DNA from: an uncultured Planctomycetia bacterium
GTDB taxonomy: Bacteria; Omnitrophota; Gorgyraeia; 1-14-0-20-64-10
Direction: 5' to 3'
NCBI GenBank assembly: GCA_964597545.1
Contig: CAZQXN010000001.1
Span: forward strand, 133,655-197,654
Length of the DNA: 64,000 nt
Shown: piece after piece, positions 30,066 to 38,984 of the stretch
How the letters are laid out: every line of letters begins with the position of its first letter
How positions within the stretch are numbered: the stretch's first letter is position 1
Made by a program: the position numbers and the translations under genes
The notes under the pieces: model-generated
The model's input: only the letters and a program-made list of their open reading frames with translations
Database searches by the model: none
What the model was told of the DNA's origin: nothing

Positions 30066-30935
30066 ATGAAAAACCTTCTGATATCTCTGCGGCCGCAGCA
30101 ATGGATTAAGAACCTGTTCGTCCTTCTTCCGCTTATCTTTGGCGGGAAGCTATTGTCTTACCCGGCCAACCTCACCGCAGCAGCGGCTGTCTTCCTTTTC
30201 TCCATCGCTTCTGGCGTCGTCTACCTGATCAATGACTTAATGGATCTGGAGCGGGACCGATCTGATCCGGCCAAGCGTATCCGGCCCGTGGCGTCTGGCA
30301 AGATTACGCCTGTGCAGGCAGCAGTGGCAGCACTCATTCTCGGAGCGTTGTGTGCCATTGGGGCATTTGCGCTGAACGCTGCTTTCGGATGGATCATCAT
30401 TGCTTATTGGAGCCTCAACCTCCTCTATAGCGCACGGCTCAAGGAAGTGGTGATCCTTGATGTCTTCTGCATTGGGGGTTTCTTCATGTTGAGAATCCTA
30501 GCAGGCGGGGCAGTGGCTCAGGTTGCCCTTTCTCACTGGATTCTCTTCTCGGCGGGGCTGTTGGCGCTGTTTTTGGGGTTCAACAAGCGCCGTCAGGAAC
30601 TGGTGCATCTGGGTGAAAAATCGGTGCAACACCGGAAAGTCCTGCGACGCTATTCCGCCTATTTCATCGACCAGCTGATTGGCGCCATCACAGCTTCCAT
30701 TGTCATCGTTTACATGCTCTATACGGTTGACGAAGCAACTGTGGTTCGCGTGGGATCCAGCCGTCTGATTTACAGCATTCCTTTTGTGTACTACGGAATC
30801 TTTCGGTACCTCTACCTCATCCACGAAAGGCGCGGGCCCGGAGACCCCACTCAGGTTTTGCTCTCAGACCGAACGCTCCAGTTAAACATTCTGGCGTGGT
30901 TGGCTGTCTGCATCGCCGTCATCTACCTGCCGTGA
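30066..30935 (+). CDS. UbiA-family prenyltransferase (decaprenyl-phosphate phosphoribosyltransferase-like)
   Basis: LRPQQWIKN, NDLMDLERD, KR.RPVASG and KRRQEL motifs. Confidence 0.88.
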   Translation: MKNLLISLRPQQWIKNLFVLLPLIFGGKLLSYPANLTAAAAVFLFSIASGVVYLINDLMDLERDRSDPAKRIRPVASGKITPVQAAVAALILGALCAIGAFALNAAFGWIIIAYWSLNLLYSARLKEVVILDVFCIGGFFMLRILAGGAVAQVALSHWILFSAGLLALFLGFNKRRQELVHLGEKSVQHRKVLRRYSAYFIDQLIGAITASIVIVYMLYTVDEATVVRVGSSRLIYSIPFVYYGIFRYLYLIHERRGPGDPTQVLLSDRTLQLNILAWLAVCIAVIYLP

Positions 30936-30955
30936 GACAAGGGCTGCGGGGCCCC

Positions 30956-31020
30956 TTGACTGACGATCGGGCTCTCGCGTAGAATGACCTTAACCCTTCG
31001 GAGTGTTCCGGAGGGTTTTT
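30956..31020 (+). promoter_or_regulatory. Sigma70-like promoter followed by a terminator-like hairpin
   Basis: TTGACT-18 nt-TAGAAT, then aaccct-tcgga-gtgt-tccgg-agggtt followed by T-run. Confidence 0.45.
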
Positions 31021-31036
31021 CCGCTACTGAACACAG

Positions 31037-32920
31037 ATGCCTCCTGAACGGGAAATAGACCTCTCGGATGAGAGCTTAAGCCGGCGGCACGTCGTCACCC
31101 GCAAGAAGGGGGCGTTGCGCCGTCTGCTGGGTGCCACCTCCCTCTTTGCCATCGGCTACGGGGATGTGGGTTCCTCCATCTACTACGCCCTGGGGGTCAC
31201 CGCTGCCTTTGCCTTAGGGGCAGCCCCCATCGCAATCCTGATCGCCGGAATCTTCTTTATTTTTACGGTCCTCACCTATGCGGAGCTGTCCGCCTCTATA
31301 CCGGAATCAGGAGGAGCGCAGGTCTTTGCCCGGCGGGCCTTCGGAGATGTGGCTTCCTTCATCGCTGGATGGGCCCTGTTGCTGGACTATGTCCTGACCG
31401 CCGCCATCTCCGCCTATGCGGTAGCGCCCTATCTGGGTTATTTCTGGCCGGTTCTTAAAACCGTCCCGGGCCACTTGATGTTTACGGCACTGCTCCTGTT
31501 CGCCTTGGGGGTCTTGAACATTGCCGGAGTTCGAGAATCCACCCGAGTCAGCCTTGGACTCGCGATCATGGGGATCATCACGCAGGGGGCCATTGTTATT
31601 GTAGGGTTCTTCGTGGTCTTCAACCTGCCCAAGCTGATCAGCCAGATTCAGTGGGGCGTTGCCCCCACGTGGAGCAATTTGATCTACGGTATCTCCATTG
31701 CCATGGTCGCCTATACCGGCATTGAGGCGGTGTCGCAACTCTCGGGGGAGGCGGTCGACCCCGGCCGCAAGGTGCCTCGAGCAATGCTCTCGACCCTGGT
31801 GACGGTGCTCGTCATGTATCTAGGGATCTCTGTCATCGCGCTGTCTGCCATGACGCCGGAGGAGCTGGGAACCCGCTGGGTGAATGATCCGATGGCCGGC
31901 ATTGCCGCGAACACACCGGTGCTGGGGCCCTATTTATCCCCCTGGATTGCTGTGCTGGGCGCTGCGATCCTGACGATTGCTGCCAACGCCGGGGTCATTG
32001 GCGCATCCCGCTTGGCCTACTCCATGGCCAACAGCTATCAGCTGCCGCCCTTCTTTGGTCGGCTCCACCCCAAGTCAAAAACACCGTATCTCGCGATTGC
32101 CACCTTCACGATAATCGGCATCATCATTGTTCTGGCCGCCCGGCACCTCAAGGTGTTGGCCGACCTGTACAACTTCGGAGCCATGCTCGCCTTCTCGATG
32201 GCGCATCTCTCCCTGATCGGGCTGCGGTGTAAGGAACCTAAGCTCGCGCGCCCCTTTAAGCTCAGGCCCCATCTGAAAATCGCCGGCAGAGAAATCCCGA
32301 TCACGGCAATTCTCGGCTTCTGTGCGACCTTTACGGTGTGGTTGATTGTGGTCTTTACCCATGTCCATGGGCGCAATCTCGGTTTTATCTGGATGGGGGT
32401 GGGTGTCCTCCTCTACGCCTGGTACCGCAAGCGCTCACAACTGCCTGTTATGGAAACGGTGGAGATCGAGAATGTAGATCTGCCTGAGTACCAAGCGATG
32501 GAGATCAAGTCGATCTTGGTCCCCATTACAGCAGGCCCCCTGGGAGAGAATCTTCACTTTGCCTGCCAACTGGCCAAGGAGCATGAGGGAGCGCATGTGA
32601 CGGCTCTGTGTGTCATCGAGGTTCCCTCTACCCTGCCGCTGGACACCTTCTTGCCGGAGAAGCTTGCGGTGACCGACGCTGCCTTGAAGCGGGCCATGGC
32701 GGTCGGCCGGGAGTTCGGCCTCCAAGTCGCCACCCACTTAACGCAGGCTCGCTCCGCAGGGCAAGCGATTGTGGCCCTTGCCAAGGAGAAGAAGTTCGAG
32801 GTGATCGCCGTGGGGACCTCCTATCGGCGGGGTGCTTCGGCCTGGATGGGGTCAACCACCGAGTATGTGGTGCGCAATGCCCCCTGCCGGGTCCTCATCT
32901 GTAAATCCGCTACGAAGTGA
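31037..32920 (+). CDS. APC-family permease with C-terminal universal stress protein domain
   Basis: GDVGSSIYY and AYTGIEA motifs; C-terminal GSTTEYVVRNAPCRV. Confidence 0.9.
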   Translation: MPPEREIDLSDESLSRRHVVTRKKGALRRLLGATSLFAIGYGDVGSSIYYALGVTAAFALGAAPIAILIAGIFFIFTVLTYAELSASIPESGGAQVFARRAFGDVASFIAGWALLLDYVLTAAISAYAVAPYLGYFWPVLKTVPGHLMFTALLLFALGVLNIAGVRESTRVSLGLAIMGIITQGAIVIVGFFVVFNLPKLISQIQWGVAPTWSNLIYGISIAMVAYTGIEAVSQLSGEAVDPGRKVPRAMLSTLVTVLVMYLGISVIALSAMTPEELGTRWVNDPMAGIAANTPVLGPYLSPWIAVLGAAILTIAANAGVIGASRLAYSMANSYQLPPFFGRLHPKSKTPYLAIATFTIIGIIIVLAARHLKVLADLYNFGAMLAFSMAHLSLIGLRCKEPKLARPFKLRPHLKIAGREIPITAILGFCATFTVWLIVVFTHVHGRNLGFIWMGVGVLLYAWYRKRSQLPVMETVEIENVDLPEYQAMEIKSILVPITAGPLGENLHFACQLAKEHEGAHVTALCVIEVPSTLPLDTFLPEKLAVTDAALKRAMAVGREFGLQVATHLTQARSAGQAIVALAKEKKFEVIAVGTSYRRGASAWMGSTTEYVVRNAPCRVLICKSATK

Positions 32921-32936
32921 TAGAATAAAACATCGT

Positions 32937-33012
32937 GCCGAGGTAGCTCAGGTGGTAGAGCGCGGCCCTGAAAAGGCCGGCGTCGGCGGTTCAACTCCGT
33001 CCCTCGGCACCA
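32937..33012 (+). tRNA. tRNA-Phe(GAA)
   Basis: Cloverleaf GCCGAGG...CGGCC-CTGAAAA-GGCCG...CCTCGGC-A-CCA. Confidence 0.97.
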
Positions 33013-33037
33013 TCCCTTGGATGAAGCGTCACCTCTA

Positions 33038-33436
33038 ATGCCTATACCTAGAATCCTCTTTGTCTGCACTCAGAATGCCGGTCGATCCCAAATGGCTGAG
33101 GCCTTTGCCGGCGTGTTGGGGGGAGGTGTTGTGGAAGCCTTCAGCGCCGGATCCAAACCTGCCGATCAAGTACATCCTCAGGTTGTCCAGGTCATGCTGG
33201 AGCGCGGAATCGATCTTGGCAGCAAGACACCTAAGGGACTGAAGGACCTTCCGGAAGGTGTATTTGATATTGTTGTCGGGATGGGCTGCGAAGATGCTTG
33301 CCCGGCGCAGCGGGCCGGCAAGGTAATCGCTTGGGATATTCCAGACCCCAAAAACCAATCGGTTAAACGGGTGCGGGAAATCCGCGATCAGATTGAGGGG
33401 CAGGTCAAAGTACTCTTAAGGGGGCTCTCAGGCTAG
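33038..33436 (+). CDS. arsC: Arsenate reductase / low-molecular-weight phosphatase
   Basis: CTQNAGRSQMAE, GC..ACP and WDIPDP motifs. Confidence 0.85.
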   Translation: MPIPRILFVCTQNAGRSQMAEAFAGVLGGGVVEAFSAGSKPADQVHPQVVQVMLERGIDLGSKTPKGLKDLPEGVFDIVVGMGCEDACPAQRAGKVIAWDIPDPKNQSVKRVREIRDQIEGQVKVLLRGLSG

Positions 33437-34005
33437 AGGGCGCGGCTCCCCGGCTTGACGAGGGGCACCCCCTCCTTGCACAGGGGGCAGTCGGCCGGAG
33501 AGAAGGTCTTGACGCTTAAGCTCATCAGGGCGTGACACTTCACATCAAAAGAGGCCCATCCCCCGGAGCGGTCCACCAAGGCCCCGACCCCTACCACAAC
33601 GGCTCCGGTATCCCGGGTGAGTCGAATGAGCTCCTCCACTGAGCCCCCTGTGGTAACGACATCCTCGACCACAAGGACCCGGTCTTGGGGGCCTACCTGG
33701 AAACCGCGCCTGAACTTAAGCGCCCCCTCCTCCCGTTCGGCAAAAACAGAACGAACCCCCAGCTGTCGGGCGGTCTCATACCCCACGACAATACCCCCCA
33801 ATGCCGGCGCGGCAACGCAGGTCACCTCGTCACCGGCAAAGCGCTCCGCCAGCGCTTCGCAAACGCGAGCGGCTATGGTGGGATGTTGAAGGATGCCGCT
33901 GCACTGGAGATACTCGGCGCTGTGGAGGCCGCTGGAGAGGACAAAGTGCCCCTCCTTCCAGGCGCTGCAGGCCTGAAAGAGTCGCATGGCTTCGCTCGGT
34001 CGCAT
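33433..34005 (-). CDS. pyrE: Orotate phosphoribosyltransferase
   Basis: GHFVLSSGLHS and VVEDVVTTGGS motifs. Confidence 0.95.
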   Translation of the reverse strand: MRPSEAMRLFQACSAWKEGHFVLSSGLHSAEYLQCSGILQHPTIAARVCEALAERFAGDEVTCVAAPALGGIVVGYETARQLGVRSVFAEREEGALKFRRGFQVGPQDRVLVVEDVVTTGGSVEELIRLTRDTGAVVVGVGALVDRSGGWASFDVKCHALMSLSVKTFSPADCPLCKEGVPLVKPGSRAL

Positions 34006-34009
34006 GGGG

Positions 34010-34819
34010 TTACGCTCCCTCTGAGATGATCTTAAGCCCCCGGCCCTCGGCTGCCCGCTGGATGGCAGCTTCAAGCTTCTGCATCTGCTGTTCGGAAACA
34101 TTCCATCTTCCCGGACCCAGCGAGGGAATGGCATGGAGGATGACCTCCTTGGGCTCGCCGGAGGCTGTGCCCAAATCAGCGGCCAGCTTGCCCGCAGCCA
34201 CTCCCAGGGGCAGCCGCGTGCCGTCTAAAACCACCAAGTGCGGCTTAAAGGTGCTCAGCAATTCAAAGGCCCCTTCCGGAGTGCAAGCCAAGGCAAGTTC
34301 ATACTGTTCCTGGCGCTGCGCGCTCTCGAAAAAGGGCTTAAGAAAATTCTCGTACATCTTCTGAGATCCCTCTACAAAAAGCAATCGGACTTTTCCGGAG
34401 GCAGCAGCGCTTTTCTTGGCAGAAGAAGCCGGCTTGGTCCCTTCCAAGAGGGTGCTGACGGTCTGGGTCAAAATCTCTAGGGTGACCGGCTTGACCATGA
34501 CAGCTTCAGGCTTGAAATGGTCCAACTCCTGCTGGTAGCGCTCGGAGTGTCCGGTAACCACCAGGACCTTAATCTCTGGATGCTTCTCGCGGATCTCCCG
34601 GAAAACCTCAATGCCGTCAATGCCGGGCATCTGAAGATCCAACATCAATAGGTCTGGCGGTTTTTGCTCAATGCGCTTAAGGGCCTGGTCTCCGTAGAAA
34701 GCGCGGCTGACCTCATACCCTTTATTCTTGAAGAACGCTTCTAAAGAAAGGGTGACTGTCGCCTCGTCGTCCACGATTAAGATGCTGCCCAAGGGGCGGC
34801 CTTCGATCGACTTCCCCAT
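34010..34819 (-). CDS. Response regulator (receiver plus a second, degenerate receiver domain)
   Basis: ILIVDDE, LDLQMP, VTG and KP motifs; second LLFVEG..LVVLD segment. Confidence 0.8.
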   Translation of the reverse strand: MGKSIEGRPLGSILIVDDEATVTLSLEAFFKNKGYEVSRAFYGDQALKRIEQKPPDLLMLDLQMPGIDGIEVFREIREKHPEIKVLVVTGHSERYQQELDHFKPEAVMVKPVTLEILTQTVSTLLEGTKPASSAKKSAAASGKVRLLFVEGSQKMYENFLKPFFESAQRQEQYELALACTPEGAFELLSTFKPHLVVLDGTRLPLGVAAGKLAADLGTASGEPKEVILHAIPSLGPGRWNVSEQQMQKLEAAIQRAAEGRGLKIISEGA

Positions 34820-34820
34820 T

Positions 34821-35609
34821 CTACTGGCTCCCCTTGCATTCCTGCAGAATTTCCTGCGCTGCCTTGACAGGATCCGGAGCCTCTAGGATGGGCCGGCCCA
34901 CCACCAGATAGTCGGCACCCGCCTGAATAGCCGCGGAGGGGCTGGCAGTCCGCTGCTGGTCATCCTTCTTTTTCGGCGCGGCACCTGATGTCTCTTTACG
35001 CGCAGCTGCGGAAAAGGGGTCTGGAGCTTGAAGCCGAATGCCTGGTGTCACAATGATAAAGTCGTCTCCGCAGGTCCACCGCACTGCCTGCGCTTCCTGG
35101 GCAGAGGCCACAATGCCGTTTAGGCCCGCTGATTTGGCAAGCTTGGCCAGATAGAGCACTTGATCTTTCAGGGTCTTGCGCATTCTCAAATCCGCCAAAT
35201 CCTTGCTGGCCATGGAGGTCAGAACCGTCACGCCAATGACAAGGGGTGGTTTGCCCCCTTTGCGGCTGGCCTCCTCCTTGACGGCCTCTACGGTCTTGCG
35301 CATCATGGCAGACCCCCCTTGGATATGCAGGTTGGTCATCCAGACCCCAAGCTGCATGGCTGCTCGGGTTGCTCGGGCCACTGTAGAGGGGATATCGTGG
35401 AATTTGAGATCCAGAAAGATCTTCCCGCCACAGGCGCAAACCGCCTCCACAGCGGCCGGCCCTGCCAGCGTAAAAAGGGAAAGGCCGATCTTGTAATGGG
35501 TAATTCCAAGCGGTGTTAAGCTTTTTACCAGCCGTGTGGCTTCGTCAACCCCCGGCACATCCAGGGCAACGATCAAACGCTCTTGGGGCTTTGGCTTCTC
35601 AGGTGACAC
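34821..35609 (-). CDS. pyrF: Orotidine-5'-phosphate decarboxylase
   Basis: DLKFHDIPSTV and VTPGIR motifs. Confidence 0.97.
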   Translation of the reverse strand: MSPEKPKPQERLIVALDVPGVDEATRLVKSLTPLGITHYKIGLSLFTLAGPAAVEAVCACGGKIFLDLKFHDIPSTVARATRAAMQLGVWMTNLHIQGGSAMMRKTVEAVKEEASRKGGKPPLVIGVTVLTSMASKDLADLRMRKTLKDQVLYLAKLAKSAGLNGIVASAQEAQAVRWTCGDDFIIVTPGIRLQAPDPFSAAARKETSGAAPKKKDDQQRTASPSAAIQAGADYLVVGRPILEAPDPVKAAQEILQECKGSQ

Positions 35610-36588
35610 GCTTGGTTCTCCGCTGTTTCTGGCCCAACGCAGCTTGAGGTATACCTAAAAGCCGCTCGGGCGTCTTAAGTTTCCCGATGAGCTCTCTGGC
35701 AGAGGTGAGCCTGCGGGAAGTGAGGTATCGCTTCAACCCCTCCAGGATCTCCAGGGGCGCCGCGGGATTAATGTAATTGGCGGTGCCCACCTCAACGGCT
35801 GAAGCGCCGCACAGCATGAATTCAACTGCATCCTCGGCCGTCATGATACCACCGATTCCAACCAGCGGCACTTTAGGGAAGGCGCGATGGACTTGCCAAA
35901 CCATGCGCAGCGCAACCGGCTTGATGGCCGGACCGGACAAGCCACCGGTCACCGTGGCAATGCGGGGCCGCCAGCTCTTGGCGTCCACAGCCGTCGCCAA
36001 TAGGGTGTTGATCAGCGAAAGGGCGTCTGCACCGGCCTCCACGGCTGCGCGGGCGGTGGAGGTAATGTCGGTCACATTGGGGGAGAGCTTTACGATGAGC
36101 GGCAGCCGCGTCGCCTTGCGCACACGCTTCACCACCTGGTAGGTGAGCTTGGGGTCTATGCCGAACTCGATGCCGCCCCGCTCGCAGTTGGGGCAGGAGA
36201 TGTTGAGCTCCAGCCCCGCAATCCCCTTTGCCTGACCCAACCGCCGCGCCAAGGCAGCATACTCGGCCACCGATTCCCCGGCCAGATTGACGATGACCTT
36301 GGCCTTTTTGAGACGGCGCAAAAAGGGAAGTTTCTCGGAAAGGAACCGCTCCAATCCCACATTCTGCAGCCCAATCGCATTGAGCATCCCGGAAGCGGTC
36401 TCAAAGATCCGGGGGGAAGGGTTGCCTGGACGGGCTCGAAGTGAGATCGCCTTGGTCACCAACCCCCCTAAGCGATCGACGTTGTAGAGGCGGTGGTACT
36501 CCGGACCATAACCAAAGGTGCCGGAGGCAACCATGACCGGGTTCTGGAGTTTCAGCTTGCCTATGCGGATACTCAGATCAACTGCCAT
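35599..36588 (-). CDS. pyrD: Dihydroorotate dehydrogenase family 1B catalytic subunit
   Basis: ASGTFG, LNISCPN, KLSPNV and GGLSG motifs. Confidence 0.97.
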   Translation of the reverse strand: MAVDLSIRIGKLKLQNPVMVASGTFGYGPEYHRLYNVDRLGGLVTKAISLRARPGNPSPRIFETASGMLNAIGLQNVGLERFLSEKLPFLRRLKKAKVIVNLAGESVAEYAALARRLGQAKGIAGLELNISCPNCERGGIEFGIDPKLTYQVVKRVRKATRLPLIVKLSPNVTDITSTARAAVEAGADALSLINTLLATAVDAKSWRPRIATVTGGLSGPAIKPVALRMVWQVHRAFPKVPLVGIGGIMTAEDAVEFMLCGASAVEVGTANYINPAAPLEILEGLKRYLTSRRLTSARELIGKLKTPERLLGIPQAALGQKQRRTKRVT

Positions 36589-36593
36589 TTCCC

Positions 36594-37010
36594 CTACTCC
36601 TTAATCTTAAAGAACTGCATTGCAACCACAGTGCCGATGACGAGGGCTGTGGTAAAGATGCCGCTTAAGTAAGGAGCCAACCACTGCGCTGTAAAGACCC
36701 CCACCCCGATAAAGAAGATGGTCTTGCCTGTCATCAAGGCAAACAGCAATCCATAGTTTAAGTTCCCGCGGCGCTCCAACCAAATGGTTTTAATGCCCTT
36801 TTTGGGGAACCCCCCAAGGTAGCGCCACTTGGCCAACCCATCAATCACCAACCCGGCGCCGATCAAACCCCATCCCCAGGGCCGTAAGGCATCGGAGGCG
36901 ACAATGCCTATCACAAGACCCATCAAAGAGTTGCCGGCAAGGCTTAGGGCGATCAGCTCAAAACTGACCTTTCCCCGGCGCTTCAACCACATCTGCCTTG
37001 GGCTATCCAC
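36594..37010 (-). CDS. Small membrane protein with internal duplication
   Basis: Four hydrophobic segments; WLKRRGK and WLERRGN repeats. Confidence 0.6.
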   Translation of the reverse strand: MDSPRQMWLKRRGKVSFELIALSLAGNSLMGLVIGIVASDALRPWGWGLIGAGLVIDGLAKWRYLGGFPKKGIKTIWLERRGNLNYGLLFALMTGKTIFFIGVGVFTAQWLAPYLSGIFTTALVIGTVVAMQFFKIKE

Positions 37011-37023
37011 GGCTCACCTCCGC

Positions 37024-37110
37024 AGGGTTTGACCCTTTTGTACATGCGCGCCGCATCGTTCTGTACGAAAGGGTCTGACCCTTTTGTACATGCTGCCCTT
37101 TTGTACAAGG
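37024..37110. repeat. Cluster of REP-like palindromes
   Basis: agggtttgaccct and aaagggtctgacccttt; ccttttgtaca occurs three times. Confidence 0.75.
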
Positions 37111-37111
37111 G

Positions 37112-37954
37112 TTAGGGCCATGCAATCTTCTCTGCCGGAAAGACCGGGCCCTCTGTGCATACGCGTTGAAAGCGTGCGTGCGATCCGGCCGGCTCATCTG
37201 CCATCTCCACCGTACATCCCCAGCAGCAGCCCATGCCGCATCCCATCCGTTCCTCCAGAGAGACCTGAGCGCTCACCCTTCGCTCTCTGGCCAGTGCTGC
37301 TGCGGCTCTCATCATCGGGGTGGGACCACAAATGTACAGTTGGGTTGACTGCCGATCACCATCCGCCGGCCGCAAGGCCTGCCGGAGCAGACCCACCACT
37401 GTGCCCCGGTGCCCCAACGTGCCGTCATCTGTCGCGATCTGAACCGAAACCCCAAGCTTGCTAAACTGCGCCGCCCCAATGACCCAGCCTTTGGTCTTAG
37501 CACCCAAGAAGGCAGTGACGCTTCGCCTGCCTCGGGCAAGCTGCTTGGCCAGCATGTAAAGGGGTGGAATGCCAACCCCTCCCCCGACAAGATACGCTGT
37601 TTTGGTGCCCGGCGGAACCGCAAAGGGCCGCCCCAGGGGACCCAAGAAGTCGATCTTGGACCCTGCCAATACGTGGGTAAGGGCTGTTGTGCCCATTCCC
37701 ACCACTTTGTAGACAAAATCAAGGGTCCCCTTCTTGGGATCGGCATCCAGCAGGCTGAAAGGCCTTCTCAGAAACGGGGCCGGTTCTGCTTTTGCGCTGG
37801 GGCACAGCACATGGATGAACTGTCCGGGCCGAGCCCGCTTGGCCGCCCGGGGTGACTTTAAGCGCACCCAGTAATGATTGCGAGCAATCTTGCGCTGGAG
37901 CAGGACCGGGGCCTTCTCCTGGATCATGCCGGACGGGAGTGTGCGCCCCGCCAT
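37112..37954 (-). CDS. pyrK: Dihydroorotate dehydrogenase electron-transfer subunit; start may be 37927
   Basis: RRPFS, GGGVG, CGPTPM and CGMGCCWGC..C motifs. Confidence 0.93.
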   Translation of the reverse strand: MAGRTLPSGMIQEKAPVLLQRKIARNHYWVRLKSPRAAKRARPGQFIHVLCPSAKAEPAPFLRRPFSLLDADPKKGTLDFVYKVVGMGTTALTHVLAGSKIDFLGPLGRPFAVPPGTKTAYLVGGGVGIPPLYMLAKQLARGRRSVTAFLGAKTKGWVIGAAQFSKLGVSVQIATDDGTLGHRGTVVGLLRQALRPADGDRQSTQLYICGPTPMMRAAAALARERRVSAQVSLEERMGCGMGCCWGCTVEMADEPAGSHARFQRVCTEGPVFPAEKIAWP

Positions 37955-37958
37955 CTCC

Positions 37959-38984
37959 TCAGACCCCCTCCAGATACGCCTTGGCGTATTTCTTGTAGAA
38001 GGCAACCATCCGAGCTACCCCCTCCTCCAACCCAACACAGGCAGACCACCCGGTCGCGGCTTTGAGCTTCCCTGTATCGATGGTGAAATCCCCTGTCTCG
38101 ATCTGCTCGTAATCTTTGGGCCAGGGGGTATGGATGATTTTGCCCGAGCCCACCGCCTTGACCACCGCTTCCACCATCTCCCGGAAGGTGCGGGATTGGC
38201 CGTGACCGCAGTTTACAACCTCCCCGGTCGTCTGATCAGAGGCCAGGGCAGCCAAGATAGCGTCGGCAAGGTCGGTCGCATAGAGGTAATCCCTGCGCTG
38301 ACTGCCGTCACCAAAGATTGTAATCTCCTTGTCCTCCATGGCGCAGCGCATGAACCACCCGGGCAGGGAGTACTTGTTGTGTTTGATCTGCTGGCGCTCT
38401 CCGTAGGGGTTGGTCAGCCGCAGCACAACGGTCCGGATGCCATAATCCCGATGATAAAAGAGGTGGTATTTCTCTGTGGTCAACTTGTGGATGCCATACA
38501 GGGTCAAGGGATTGGTGGGGTGCTCCTCGGTAACGGGGTTATGCAGGATCTTGCCCAGCACCATCCGGGAGCTGGCAAAAAGCACCTTCGCATCGGCATT
38601 GTATTTTCGGCAGGCCTCCAACACCACCAAGGGCCCCCGGCAGTTAACATCCAAGTCTTCAAAGGGGATCTTGCCGCTGTCGATATAGCTGATCTGTCCG
38701 GTGAGGTTGATGATGAAGTCCTGCCCGACCACCAGATCTTTTACGAGCGCCTCATCTCGGATGTCTCCTCGCACCACGCGCAGGGTGTGTTGGAATGGGG
38801 CGACATTGGCGGGGTTGCCTCCATACCGGGGATCCAGGGAGTCCAGCACTGTGATGGCGGCATTGAGCCCGGCCAGGCGCGCAATGACATTGCTGCCGAC
38901 AAAACCTAACCCCCCGAGGATCAAGAGCTTCTTGCCCCGGAAATGGTCTTGAGGAAATTGCGGGGTATCGTGCGCCGCGGTCAT
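37959..38984 (-). CDS. NAD-dependent epimerase/dehydratase
   Basis: GGLGFVGS and YGIHK motifs; ATGA overlap with the carB stop. Confidence 0.9.
   Translation of the reverse strand: MTAAHDTPQFPQDHFRGKKLLILGGLGFVGSNVIARLAGLNAAITVLDSLDPRYGGNPANVAPFQHTLRVVRGDIRDEALVKDLVVGQDFIINLTGQISYIDSGKIPFEDLDVNCRGPLVVLEACRKYNADAKVLFASSRMVLGKILHNPVTEEHPTNPLTLYGIHKLTTEKYHLFYHRDYGIRTVVLRLTNPYGERQQIKHNKYSLPGWFMRCAMEDKEITIFGDGSQRRDYLYATDLADAILAALASDQTTGEVVNCGHGQSRTFREMVEAVVKAVGSGKIIHTPWPKDYEQIETGDFTIDTGKLKAATGWSACVGLEEGVARMVAFYKKYAKAYLEGV

Noticed and set aside
37024-37110. Possible mini CRISPR array
   Set aside because: Repeats are short and irregularly spaced, match the dispersed palindrome family, and no cas genes are present.
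37878-38909. 343-aa plus-strand ORF and similar long antisense ORFs (e.g. 46230-47060, 57329-58075)
   Set aside because: Shadows of well-supported genes in GC-rich DNA.
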